From the IMG/VR virus record IMGVR_UViG_3300025253_000052: 64,000 nt of DNA, one strand, 5' to 3'. Source of the DNA: a virus. Position numbers and translations under genes: made by a program. Shown here piece after piece: positions 28,894 through 37,981 of the stretch; the stretch's first letter is position 1; every line of letters begins with the position of its first letter. The notes below the pieces were generated by a model. It did not search any database. It saw nothing but the letters and a program-made list of their open reading frames with translations, and had not been told where the DNA came from.

Positions 28894-30333
28894 ATGTTCA
28901 CCGCCGAAACCGCCCTCAGCAACGCTGGCTTGACCGCACTCCAGGCTCAAGCCGACACCTCGCCCAAGGCGCTGAACGCGTACCTGGACACGCTGCTGGA
29001 ACTGAAGGATCGCGAGCTCCCTGCCGGAAGCCTAGCAATCTGCCACATGCCTGGCACGGCAGCTCCGGACATCGACAGTCAGGACCGCGACCGGCTGCTG
29101 GCCATTCTCGACTCAGACATCGTGATCGACCGGGTGGTCGCATCCATACGCCTCCTGCAGATTCCGGCGATCCTCCTTCCGCGCATCGAGCGCAACCTGG
29201 CCGCGCTGCGGCGCGCGCAGCGTGTCCTCAGCGAGAGCCTGGTGGCGTTTCCCGTGCTGATGCACAACCGCATCTTCATCCGCGGCATGCACTTTCATGG
29301 CTGGGAGCGCGGCCCCATCGCGACTGTCATCGCCCACACGCCGCGCGCCGAATTTCCTCGGACCGCTCACGGCATTCCGCTCGACAAGCTCACCGCGTTC
29401 GCCAAGCACCCTTGTGTCGCATCGGGTCTGCTCGGCAAAGCGCCCCTGTCGACGGTGGACAAGCCGGCCAAGGCGCGTTACCAGGGCATGACGCTCCTGC
29501 AGTCGGTCATCGCGCCGCTGCGCGAAGCTGCAAAGGCCACCAGCCGGCCGATGACGGCCAAGCTGCCGGGCTACTTCGCGTCACTTCTGGAGCTCGAATC
29601 TCTCCAGGCGGCCGGACGCAAAGCAAGCGAAAAGCCGCTCACCCACGTACCTGACAACTGCAAGGACTGGTGGTGGGCCAGCTTGGCGGAATCCTATCTC
29701 GTCCACGTAGGAGCCATCGAAACAGGCGGCCGAAACCGCGACCTGCCCGGGCTCGAGGCGGTCTTCAACGCCTCTTCGCACACACTGGACGAGCGGTTTC
29801 TCAACGCTGTCGAGGCCCGGCTGTACAAGGTGTCCGCGCTCGAGCCAGACACCCTCGCGCCGGCGCTGGCTTCCCTGGCCAACAGCTTGCTGCAGATCAA
29901 GCCCACGGGGCTGCCATCCGCCACAAACCTGGCTCTCACCAAGGGTGAGCGGCCGGCGGCGTCGATGGAAGACGCGATTCGGTGGCTGACCGTTGCACTC
30001 CTCGATAGCTCGCCGGCGCGCGCAGATCGGATCGACGCCCAGTTCAAGTCGCCTGCATTCCGCACGCCCGACAAGTTCATCTTGGCTGTCGCCGCGCTCG
30101 ACAAGGTCGATCCTGTCGGCTACGAGTCAGGTGCGACGCTCTCCATCGTCCGAGGCGTTGTCGAGGGTCTGACGCACACCGACAGCGAGATGGTGCTGTC
30201 GGCGCTGACCGCCTACTCGATGGACAAGGTGCTTGACGCGGCTGCTCGCCTTCGAGCACTGATGGGGGCTGCGTCGAGCGATCTTGCGACGGAGCCTGGC
30301 ACTGCGCGCCAGCCGCGGCGCCTGGGAGTGTGA
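28894..30333 (+). CDS. Second-family hypothetical protein (..PRRLGV)
   Basis: GPIATVIAHTP; YSMDKVL. Confidence 0.8.
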   Translation: MFTAETALSNAGLTALQAQADTSPKALNAYLDTLLELKDRELPAGSLAICHMPGTAAPDIDSQDRDRLLAILDSDIVIDRVVASIRLLQIPAILLPRIERNLAALRRAQRVLSESLVAFPVLMHNRIFIRGMHFHGWERGPIATVIAHTPRAEFPRTAHGIPLDKLTAFAKHPCVASGLLGKAPLSTVDKPAKARYQGMTLLQSVIAPLREAAKATSRPMTAKLPGYFASLLELESLQAAGRKASEKPLTHVPDNCKDWWWASLAESYLVHVGAIETGGRNRDLPGLEAVFNASSHTLDERFLNAVEARLYKVSALEPDTLAPALASLANSLLQIKPTGLPSATNLALTKGERPAASMEDAIRWLTVALLDSSPARADRIDAQFKSPAFRTPDKFILAVAALDKVDPVGYESGATLSIVRGVVEGLTHTDSEMVLSALTAYSMDKVLDAAARLRALMGAASSDLATEPGTARQPRRLGV

Positions 30334-30349
30334 TCCGGCGAGCTCGAGC

Positions 30350-30874
30350 TCAGAATTTCTGGTTGGAGCGCCGGCACACGGCATGAACCGCGCGCTCGCC
30401 GCGCAGCGTGTCCCCGTCCAGGGTCGTCGTGTGCGACTGCAGCTCGCCGGTCACCCGGTTGATCGACGTGATGGTTCGGCGGTTCTTCGGCCGGTTGTCG
30501 TACTCGATGTGGTACTCCGCCGGCGAGATGGTGATAGTCGCGAACCCACCGACCTGGTCGAACCGACCGTTGCGCTTGACCACGTCGCCCGTCTGGAACG
30601 TCAGCACGCCGTCCGCGTCCCAGAAGATCGCGACCGAGTTCGATGCCCCCTTGTCGTCTTCACACACCAGGTAGATCGGGTCTTGCGCCGGCGCCGGCGC
30701 ACTGCCGCTTTGCACCTGGATGACCGAAACACCGGAAGCTCGCGGGTTGATGACGAGCTCGTCCGGTGCGCGCTGGCGCGCCGGCTGGATCACTTGCAGC
30801 GGCGCAGCACAGGCCTGCAGGCCGGTCATGAGCGTGATCGCCGCAGCAGCTACGAGCTTCGAAGTCGGGTTCAT
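30350..30874 (-). CDS. Secreted protein or lipoprotein
   Basis: N-terminal signal with LQAC; beta-rich body. Confidence 0.7.
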   Translation of the reverse strand: MNPTSKLVAAAAITLMTGLQACAAPLQVIQPARQRAPDELVINPRASGVSVIQVQSGSAPAPAQDPIYLVCEDDKGASNSVAIFWDADGVLTFQTGDVVKRNGRFDQVGGFATITISPAEYHIEYDNRPKNRRTITSINRVTGELQSHTTTLDGDTLRGERAVHAVCRRSNQKF

Positions 30875-31151
30875 GTCAAATCCAATGTCGGTTGTCTTCA
30901 GCCGCCTACGGCTGAGTTCAGCATCCCCTCGCCTTACATCAGAGTCGATTTGACTGACGTCACGACGATAGCGCGATGCGCCTGTTGAGTTCGAGCCGGT
31001 AGCGCATTACGCAGTTAGAGTATACAATACGCACACAAGAGAGTTCAAGCCGCGGCCGCCATGCCAACGCTTCCGGGTGCCAGCTGCTGATGCGCCGCAG
31101 GTACGCGAGTTGTTTCATTCGCTTGCCGCCCATGCGCGACAGACCTGCCTC

Positions 31152-31838
31152 ATGAACACACCCGCCCCGTCAGCGCTCAAGGCGACCCGCGTCGACATGC
31201 AGATGCACCAGCGTGCTCTCCAGGATGCGCTGTGCTTCTGTGACACGATTGCTCCGGAGGCGCGCGCTCAAGCTACTCGTGCCGTCGAGCAGTGCAAGCG
31301 CTTCATCGCCGACCGCGTGCCCGCCGGGCAAGCCAGGCGCCAGACAACGGAGAAGCATTCACTCGGCCGCGATGGCGAACTGCTTCGTCTGTTCCTTCAC
31401 TTCCATTCACCTACCTCGCCTGGTCAACGTGACCCGGGTGGCTGGGCCGGGCAGACGGACATCGTCTCCCTGCTGCGGGACTATGTCTTGGCGGGCTACA
31501 TCGAGCTTGACAAGCCGCAGACCGTCCGCGCGCGGTGCGCCAGCAAGTTCCCTTCAGGTGCCTACCCCCTGGAGGCCGCCGTGCTTGCAGGATGCCGGCC
31601 GGCATTCGAGTTGTTCCTCGAGCTCGGCGCTGACCTGCGGCTGACCAGCAACACGGCCGCCGGCGACGCAGGCAAGGACGTCAGCTGGTTGATCGAGCAC
31701 AACACGAGCTCCTTTCAGCTGAGAGATTTCCGCGACGAGTGGATGTCGATTGCAGCCGCCCATACGATGCGCAAGATCATCCAGGAAGTCCCGTCGACGC
31801 CGGCGGCCAGCACGACCCCTCACCGGCAGCCTGTATGA
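31152..31838 (+). CDS. Ankyrin-like family protein (..PHRQPV)
   Basis: LLRDYVLAGYIELD; YPLEAAV...FLELGADL; HTMRKII. Confidence 0.78.
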   Translation: MNTPAPSALKATRVDMQMHQRALQDALCFCDTIAPEARAQATRAVEQCKRFIADRVPAGQARRQTTEKHSLGRDGELLRLFLHFHSPTSPGQRDPGGWAGQTDIVSLLRDYVLAGYIELDKPQTVRARCASKFPSGAYPLEAAVLAGCRPAFELFLELGADLRLTSNTAAGDAGKDVSWLIEHNTSSFQLRDFRDEWMSIAAAHTMRKIIQEVPSTPAASTTPHRQPV

Positions 31839-32509
31839 GTGAACTTGGCACAACCCGCAAGCTGAACGCTGCCCAATGGCTGGCGCATGACTCCCTACTG
31901 GACAGGGACAGGGTAGCCGAGTTCCACATTTCCAGCCTCTACGACGCCCTGTCGCCTGACGGGCTCCACGAGGTTCGAATGCTCGCGCTGGCCAGGTGCC
32001 GCGGATTCATCGAGCGCCGCGACCCCGTCGGCTTTCCCGGCAGCCATGAAGGAGACACCGCCAGCTCACAGGTGGCGTCCGCCTTCGTCGGCACAGCATG
32101 GCCTCCTGAAATGGTTCAAGAGCTCGCAGTCCTGCTGCAGTCCTACGCGCGCGCCGGCTACCTCGACTTGGGCGCACCGCTCGGATCACTCTCTGGCTCC
32201 GGCGAGTACGTGCACAGCCCCAGCGCGCTCGAATACGCCATCAAGAAGGGTCGCGCACAGGCGATGATGGCACTGACTGACGCCGGCGCACCCTTCGCAA
32301 AGGTTCCGTCCAAGCCGTTCCAGCCAGAATACCGTTCGATCATCATCCAACCCGGGGACATCATCGGCTTTGCTGAGGTGCAGCGCGTGGAGAACGTCGA
32401 CGAGATGGTCTCCTGCGCGCGGGCAGCGGTACTCAAAAGACGCATCCAGGAAGTCTCACCCGAACTGAAGGCAGCCAGTCTGCAAACCACCAGGCGCAGC
32501 CCGATATGA
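31835..32509 (+). CDS. Ankyrin-like family protein (..TRRSPI)
   Basis: ATGA overlap; WPP..LLQSYARAGYLDL. Confidence 0.78.
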   Translation: MSELGTTRKLNAAQWLAHDSLLDRDRVAEFHISSLYDALSPDGLHEVRMLALARCRGFIERRDPVGFPGSHEGDTASSQVASAFVGTAWPPEMVQELAVLLQSYARAGYLDLGAPLGSLSGSGEYVHSPSALEYAIKKGRAQAMMALTDAGAPFAKVPSKPFQPEYRSIIIQPGDIIGFAEVQRVENVDEMVSCARAAVLKRRIQEVSPELKAASLQTTRRSPI

Positions 32510-33855
32510 GCAAGTACCTCACGATGGCACAGCTGGACGCTCACATCCAGGAGACCGTCGCGGCTGATGCCGACCTCCCCTTCTTCGACCAGCTCGCCCA
32601 GCACGATCAGTGCGTCGAGGCCCTCTTTTCCAGCACCAACTCCGGGTTCGCCCACGAGGTTTACGCCGCCCGTTGTGCGGCCTTTGCGGCACGCGGGGTT
32701 TGGTTCGGAGCAATGGACAAGCGCCCGACCGAAGATGCTAAGCAGAACGCGGCGAAACAGCTGACGGCCGAGTTCTTGGCCAGGGTTTGGCCGCACGAAT
32801 CTGTGGAGTTCATCGCCGGGGCGTTCCGGGCGTACGCGGCCGCAGGCTATGTGAAACTGGACGCGCCTGTCTACGGCTACGTCAATGGTCGCGCTGTGGA
32901 AGCATCGTCGCCCCTGGCCTTTGCGGTTCGCGAGCGAAATGTCCAGCTCTTCAGGCTGCTCCTGGAGTGCGGGAGTTGGCCAGGCGCCCGCATGGTCGTT
33001 GCCCGTGAGCTCACCAATTCATGCTCAGACTCGCAGACAACGATTCGCGACGTTCATGGGAGCCTGCTGGAGGGACTTGCGCCCAAGCTTGGCGAAGTAG
33101 AAAGCGAGATGTTCGAACTGGCCTGCCGTGCGCTGCAGGCGCACGCGCGCGGGGACGACAGCTATGGTCTGCGCTTTCGTGCGGGCACCGGCTTGGCTTC
33201 GCCATCCCGTGGCCCCGTTGCACTGGATGCCTTGCCCGTAGAGACGCTTCTGGCAAGAGACCAGGCGATGTCCTTGGAGGCTCAGGCCAGACAGCATCAG
33301 TCGAGCCTGCTGGTGCTTCTGAGCACCTGCGTGACCGAGGACCTTGCCACCGCTGAAGCGGCTCGGTGCAACGCGTTCCTGTCACGGGGCGTGCCTGTTG
33401 GCGACCGAACCAGTGCAGTCGCGCCCAACCAGCTCGCAGCCGAGCTCATTACTCGTGGTTGGCCGGCCGCATCACGCCACCTGGTGGCGGAGCTTTTCAA
33501 GGGCTACTGCGCCGCCGGCATGGCCGTCGCCAACGGTGCGATGCCGCGCACGGCGGGCACGGTCGAATACCCCAGCTATCTGCTCTATGTGGTGCGCGAG
33601 CTGATGCCAGCCAAGTTTCGCGCGCTCCTGGAAGCGGGCGCGGAAGTCGTCGACGTGCCGGCCGGCTGGAATTCGGGCTCGCAGGCCTGCACCATCGACG
33701 AGCACCTTCAGCTGGTGCGTCGTGAGCCTGCCGCAGTCGGCGAAATGCTGGCGACCCTTCGCGAGGTCGCGATGCAACGCACGTTGTCCACGTCGATGGC
33801 GCGCTCGTCTCTCGAGACGAAGTCGCCATCAGCTGGACGCAGGAGCGCGCTTTGA
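32506..33855 (+). CDS. Ankyrin-like family protein with internally duplicated domain (..GRRSAL)
   Basis: Two copies of QH..ARC.AF..RGV..WP..Y.AAG. Confidence 0.8.
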   Translation: MSKYLTMAQLDAHIQETVAADADLPFFDQLAQHDQCVEALFSSTNSGFAHEVYAARCAAFAARGVWFGAMDKRPTEDAKQNAAKQLTAEFLARVWPHESVEFIAGAFRAYAAAGYVKLDAPVYGYVNGRAVEASSPLAFAVRERNVQLFRLLLECGSWPGARMVVARELTNSCSDSQTTIRDVHGSLLEGLAPKLGEVESEMFELACRALQAHARGDDSYGLRFRAGTGLASPSRGPVALDALPVETLLARDQAMSLEAQARQHQSSLLVLLSTCVTEDLATAEAARCNAFLSRGVPVGDRTSAVAPNQLAAELITRGWPAASRHLVAELFKGYCAAGMAVANGAMPRTAGTVEYPSYLLYVVRELMPAKFRALLEAGAEVVDVPAGWNSGSQACTIDEHLQLVRREPAAVGEMLATLREVAMQRTLSTSMARSSLETKSPSAGRRSAL

Positions 33856-34538
33856 AGAAGCCCCCTGTCAAATGGCCGGCAGGCTCTGCGTTGACCGACT
33901 ACAAGAAGCGCCAGTTCTTGGGATACATCGCGGGCGATGCCAGACTCCCGGATTCCGAACAAAGAATTGCGCACGGCCATCGCATGCGCACCTGTCTTCT
34001 TTCGTGGACGCAGGATTCCGACTTCTATGCATCGGCTTCCCGGTGCCACGCGTTCATTCGCCGCGGAGTCAACCTCACCGATGCCAAGAACGTGGGAGCG
34101 GTCGAAGCAGCCAAGCAAGCGTTGACGGGCTCGTTTCTCTACACGACATGGCCAGAGAGTCGCGCCCAAGCGCTCGAAGAGCTATTCGAGCACTACCTGG
34201 CCGCCGGGTACGTCCAACTTGACGGGCCCCTGCGCGCTGAAGTTGGCCTGGTCGACGTGAGAGCAGGCTCGCCACTCGAGCTCGCCGTGCGCAGCGGGAG
34301 TGCGCGCAAGTTCGGCCAGCTGATTGCCCATGGCGCCAATCCCGATGTCACCGTTGAACTATTCGTCGACGGGCACCCTGAGACCATGACGATGCTGGAG
34401 TACATCGAGCATGCCGGCGGCGCCGAGGCGGGCGAGATGTCGGCTACCGCCCACGCCGCCTTCATGCGAACCACCTTGCAGTCTTCACTCCCGGCGGCCT
34501 GCACCGCGCCCGCGCCCCATCGGAGAGCCCCGCTTTGA
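33852..34538 (+). CDS. Ankyrin-like family protein (..HRRAPL)
   Basis: TTGA overlap; LFEHYLAAGYVQLD; SPLELAV; AFMRTTL. Confidence 0.78.
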   Translation: MKKPPVKWPAGSALTDYKKRQFLGYIAGDARLPDSEQRIAHGHRMRTCLLSWTQDSDFYASASRCHAFIRRGVNLTDAKNVGAVEAAKQALTGSFLYTTWPESRAQALEELFEHYLAAGYVQLDGPLRAEVGLVDVRAGSPLELAVRSGSARKFGQLIAHGANPDVTVELFVDGHPETMTMLEYIEHAGGAEAGEMSATAHAAFMRTTLQSSLPAACTAPAPHRRAPL

Positions 34539-35227
34539 CGCGCATGCTTCTAATCCCTGAAGAGGGCCGTCCGGAGGCCTTCGACGCCGATTGGAATTGG
34601 TCGGCTGTCCAGCGCGCGCTCAAGGATATCGACAGCCCAGTGGATCAGCATGCGCAGCTCCTGCGGAACATCGACTTTCGCCTCCATGGACGCCTTGATC
34701 GCGAAACGAGCCTCAAGATCATTGGCCTGTGCCACCAGTACATCGCGCGCGGGGTGCCATGCAGGCGCGATGACGCCCAGCAGTACGCCGCCGCCTGCTT
34801 TCTGACGACGACGCCGGCAAAGCCGATTGAAGACGTCGCCTACGAGCTCATGCGCGCGTACATCCGTGCGGGCTACTTCCGGCTGAACGACTCCACCGAC
34901 GCATTTGGCGCCCAAGGGTACTCATCGAGCCTGGTGCCCGGCAGAACCAACCTGGAAGTCGCAATTCGCCAAGGTTACTGGAAGGCGGCCGCGATCCTGG
35001 TCGAAGAAGGCGAGTCCTTGTCTGTTGCGCCATTCGCAGCTCCCGATGACCTGGACAGTCACACCTATGGTGCTGCAGACCTCCTGGAGCTATCGACCAT
35101 CATGTGGTCGGAGGCACACGAAGGGCACGCGCTGTTGCGCCAAGCGAGCATGCGCGCTCAGGTTCGCGACGCGGGCACCGCCCGCGCCACAGCACCCGCG
35201 ACGCAGGCGCGTCGGCTTCGGCTGTAA
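34535..35227 (+). CDS. Ankyrin-like family protein (..ARRLRL)
   Basis: LMRAYIRAGYFRL; ASMRAQV. Confidence 0.78.
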   Translation: MTRMLLIPEEGRPEAFDADWNWSAVQRALKDIDSPVDQHAQLLRNIDFRLHGRLDRETSLKIIGLCHQYIARGVPCRRDDAQQYAAACFLTTTPAKPIEDVAYELMRAYIRAGYFRLNDSTDAFGAQGYSSSLVPGRTNLEVAIRQGYWKAAAILVEEGESLSVAPFAAPDDLDSHTYGAADLLELSTIMWSEAHEGHALLRQASMRAQVRDAGTARATAPATQARRLRL

Positions 35228-35315
35228 CGGCCCGCGAGACGCCGCAATCGAACGGTTGCATTTTCCCACTCGAGACCATACCCTCCCCTTCACCCAGAAA
35301 CCCTGGAACCAGATC

Positions 35316-36251
35316 ATGACTCCCACCAGACTCGACGAATGGTCGAGCATCGCTGATGCACCGACCGCCATCCCAGAGCTTTCCTGGCCTCGTGGAAACG
35401 TCTGTCGCGGAATGAAGGATCACCAGAAGGCGATTGACTATGCGAACGAGGTGTCACAAGCCTTCATCACGGCGGGTGTGATGTCTCCGGTGTTCGTCGT
35501 GCGCGGGCCTACGTCCACCACGAAGATGCCGTTCGAAGTGGTCGACGCCACGGCTGGCTACACCGTCGAACACAAGGTGTACCCTCCGCGCAGTGCGGTG
35601 GACAAGGACATCAACGCGCTGCTGCACACGGCTTGGACGCGACACGCGAGCAACCTGGAAGCTACGGACGGCCCGCTGCCGGCGAGCCGCACGACCCAGG
35701 CTTTGATCGTGCAGACGCTCAATGCCGCAAGGGCCTCGCGCGCCGTGGCCGCCGTCACCCTCCTGAACGCGGTTCGCGGCGCCTATGGTGAGGAGGCTGC
35801 CGCCGACGTTTACGAAGCGCTGACCAGCGGCATCGAATACCAAGCCTTCGGCGCTTCGAAGCCCTCTCGCATCTCATTTGCAGAGCTGTGCCTCCAGCTG
35901 GAAGCTGACGAAGCGTTCTCGATTCTCCTGCTTGACGGCGCCGTTACGTCCGAGCAGGTGCTTCCTGGTCAAAACCCGACCAGCGAAGCTTGGCTCGACG
36001 CGCTCTCCACCGTCGACAACGCCCGTGACGACTTCGTCCGGCGCTGCGCACAGGCGGACGACAAGACCTCGGCAGAAATGCTCAAGCAAATTGCGTTGCT
36101 CGCCCCCAAGCATGAGAGCATCGCTCGGCTCTCGGAGGAGCAGTCCGAGGCCGGCGCCCGCGTTCGCTATGCGTGCATGCTCGCCAAGATGGTCGACATA
36201 GGCCCGACCGTCGAAGCCCATCGCAAGAAACTCGCAGCGCCGAGCATGTGA
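35316..36251 (+). CDS. Hypothetical protein with variant signature tail (ACMLAKM...RKKLAAPSM)
   Basis: ATG at 35316 within the long ORF. Confidence 0.7.
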   Translation: MTPTRLDEWSSIADAPTAIPELSWPRGNVCRGMKDHQKAIDYANEVSQAFITAGVMSPVFVVRGPTSTTKMPFEVVDATAGYTVEHKVYPPRSAVDKDINALLHTAWTRHASNLEATDGPLPASRTTQALIVQTLNAARASRAVAAVTLLNAVRGAYGEEAAADVYEALTSGIEYQAFGASKPSRISFAELCLQLEADEAFSILLLDGAVTSEQVLPGQNPTSEAWLDALSTVDNARDDFVRRCAQADDKTSAEMLKQIALLAPKHESIARLSEEQSEAGARVRYACMLAKMVDIGPTVEAHRKKLAAPSM

Positions 36252-36601
36252 TGACCGTCAATCCTGCGACGACCCTTTCCCCCGCTTCTCGTGTTTCGAA
36301 CAACCGCGGCGCGCCGCTTCCGGCCCAATTTGAGTCGGGCGGGCTGGCCAGTGCGAGGGGCAGGGACGAAGCGCTGCCGGCTGATGCAGCTTTTTCGCTC
36401 TCAGGTTCGGCCGTGCGTTCGCTCATGCGCAAGCACCGGGTAACGTTGCGGTCACTGAAGCAGGACTTCGGCATCACGCTGACCCGCACTCGCTGGGTGC
36501 GCGAGCACGGCGTAGCCGGTTTCATGGCCCAGGACTGGTTCCACATGCTGACCGGTGCCTGGCCAACACAAGCGGACGTGACCACGAAGAGGCCAGCGTA
36601 A
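36251..36601 (+). CDS. Small hypothetical, possibly DNA-binding
   Basis: TGATG overlap; VRSLMRKHRVTLRSLKQDFGITLTR. Confidence 0.65.
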   Translation: MTVNPATTLSPASRVSNNRGAPLPAQFESGGLASARGRDEALPADAAFSLSGSAVRSLMRKHRVTLRSLKQDFGITLTRTRWVREHGVAGFMAQDWFHMLTGAWPTQADVTTKRPA

Positions 36602-36732
36602 CCGCGGCCCGCGCGCCGTGCTCGCGGCGTGCGGTGTGTCGCCAGGCCTGGTCGTTCACCCGAGCCGAGCAGCCGACGGCCTCGAAGGTGATGCAATAGA
36701 CTTCCCGCACAGGAAAAGAGTGAGGGAGTGCC

Positions 36733-37647
36733 GTGGGCAAGGCGTATCTTGAGAGAAACGAAGCGATGGAGCTGTTCGCACCCATCGCCCGAGAGGCTGG
36801 CTCCTACGCGCTCTTCGCAGCTGTCTACGAATCGTTCGTCGACCTGTGCGCTTCTTTGGGCTTCACCAAACTCCGCCCGACTGGCGACCCAGGATTCGGC
36901 ATTGCCGCCTCGAACGGCGAACTCATCGTGATGTCGCTGTTCGTCTCCAGAAGTGGGCTGCGCAACACCCTCGTGCTCGCCGCCAATCCCGACGCGTGCA
37001 CGAGCGACCCTCGTTGCGCCCGCATGCTGCAGGCGCATCGGCAGTTCGGTCAGAGCCGCGGCCTGCTGACGACCAATGCCAGGAAGAAGCACTGGGTGTC
37101 CGTCAAGCTCACCTCCGAGGAGAGCGCGCTCACCTGGTTGGACGCCCTGCGCCAAGCGGTGACGCCAGGCCAGGCGAATGCGCCGGCCAGCGCTGGCGGT
37201 GCGGCTGAGACGCCGCAAGACCCGGTCGATCCCCCTGAAGGCGTCGACCCCTACGTTTGGCGCCAAATTCGAGCCCGCCGCGGCCAAGGCCGATTCCGCC
37301 AAGCGCTGCTGCGAGCCTATGAAAACCGATGCGCGATGAGCGCTTGCAACGCTGTCGAAGCGCTCGAGGCGGCGCACATCACGCCCGTGGTCGATGACGA
37401 GTCCTACGTCGTGACTTCCGGGCTGCTGCTGCGAGCCGACCTGCACACCCTGTACGACCTGCACCTGCTCAGCGTGAATCCCGAAACGCTCAGGATTGCT
37501 GTGAGCGATGCAGTATGGGACGCCTACGGCGAGCTCCAAGATCGCGCGCTCACGCTACCGCGCGAACCCGGTTCGGGGCCGGAGCTCTCCAGGCTTCGGG
37601 ACCACTACCGGCGGTTTCTCCTGACAACGACGTCTGGCATCGCTTGA
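36733..37647 (+). CDS. HNH endonuclease (type IV restriction-like C-terminal HNH)
   Basis: RGQGRFRQALLRAYENRCAMSAC..LEAAHI..GLLLRADLHTLYD. Confidence 0.85.
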   Translation: MGKAYLERNEAMELFAPIAREAGSYALFAAVYESFVDLCASLGFTKLRPTGDPGFGIAASNGELIVMSLFVSRSGLRNTLVLAANPDACTSDPRCARMLQAHRQFGQSRGLLTTNARKKHWVSVKLTSEESALTWLDALRQAVTPGQANAPASAGGAAETPQDPVDPPEGVDPYVWRQIRARRGQGRFRQALLRAYENRCAMSACNAVEALEAAHITPVVDDESYVVTSGLLLRADLHTLYDLHLLSVNPETLRIAVSDAVWDAYGELQDRALTLPREPGSGPELSRLRDHYRRFLLTTTSGIA

Positions 37648-37673
37648 CTTTGCGTTAGCACTAACTGTATACT
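37644..37673 (+). promoter_or_regulatory. Sigma70-type promoter for the tRNA locus, with a palindrome in the spacer
   Basis: TTGACT-N18-TATACT; GTTAG-CA-CTAAC within the spacer. Confidence 0.7.
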
Positions 37674-37772
37674 AAGTGCGTCTGCCGCGAGAGCGTGCTC
37701 TCAACACAGACCCGGCCTACCAGCGAGGGCCCGTCTACCAAGCCGGCAGCAGTCGGCATCGCACCAGAATCT

Positions 37773-37848
37773 GGGCCCTTAGGTCAGCGGTTAGACGGTC
37801 GGATTTCAAATCCGAAGACGCGGGTTCGACTCCTCGCAGGGCTCACCA
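37773..37848 (+). tRNA. tRNA with UCA anticodon (opal suppressor type, not tRNA-Sec)
   Basis: Acceptor GGGCCCT/AGGGCTC+A+CCA; D-loop GG; anticodon arm TCGGA-TTTCAAA-TCCGA (TCA at 37806-37808); 4-nt variable loop; GGTTCGACT T-loop. Confidence 0.88.
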
Positions 37849-37867
37849 ACACCTCTTCGACACCACC

Positions 37868-37918
37868 ATGCACATCACCGACAACTTCTACGAGTCGTGA
37901 GTCATCAAGCCACCGTGA
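37868..37918 (+). other. Putative leader ORF MHITDNFYES*VIKPP* with in-frame UGA codons
   Basis: ATG 19 nt after the tRNA CCA; TGA at 37898 and 37916; frame continues without stops into 37982. Confidence 0.55.
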
Positions 37919-37981
37919 AGCGGGCTAACCCCATCGGTTACGTCCTGCGCGCCATGCGCGCGATCCATTTCGGAGCTTCAC

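Noticed and set aside
16923..35227. Integron cassette array or CRISPR array
   Set aside because: Genes overlap or are 3-5 bp apart, leaving no room for attC sites. No integrase, cas genes or regularly spaced direct repeats were seen.
37773..37848. tRNA-Sec (selC) or tRNA-Glu(TTC) interpretation
   Set aside because: The acceptor stem is 7 bp, the variable loop is 4 nt and no sel genes are visible. The perfect anticodon stem centres TCA, not TTC, in the 7-nt loop.
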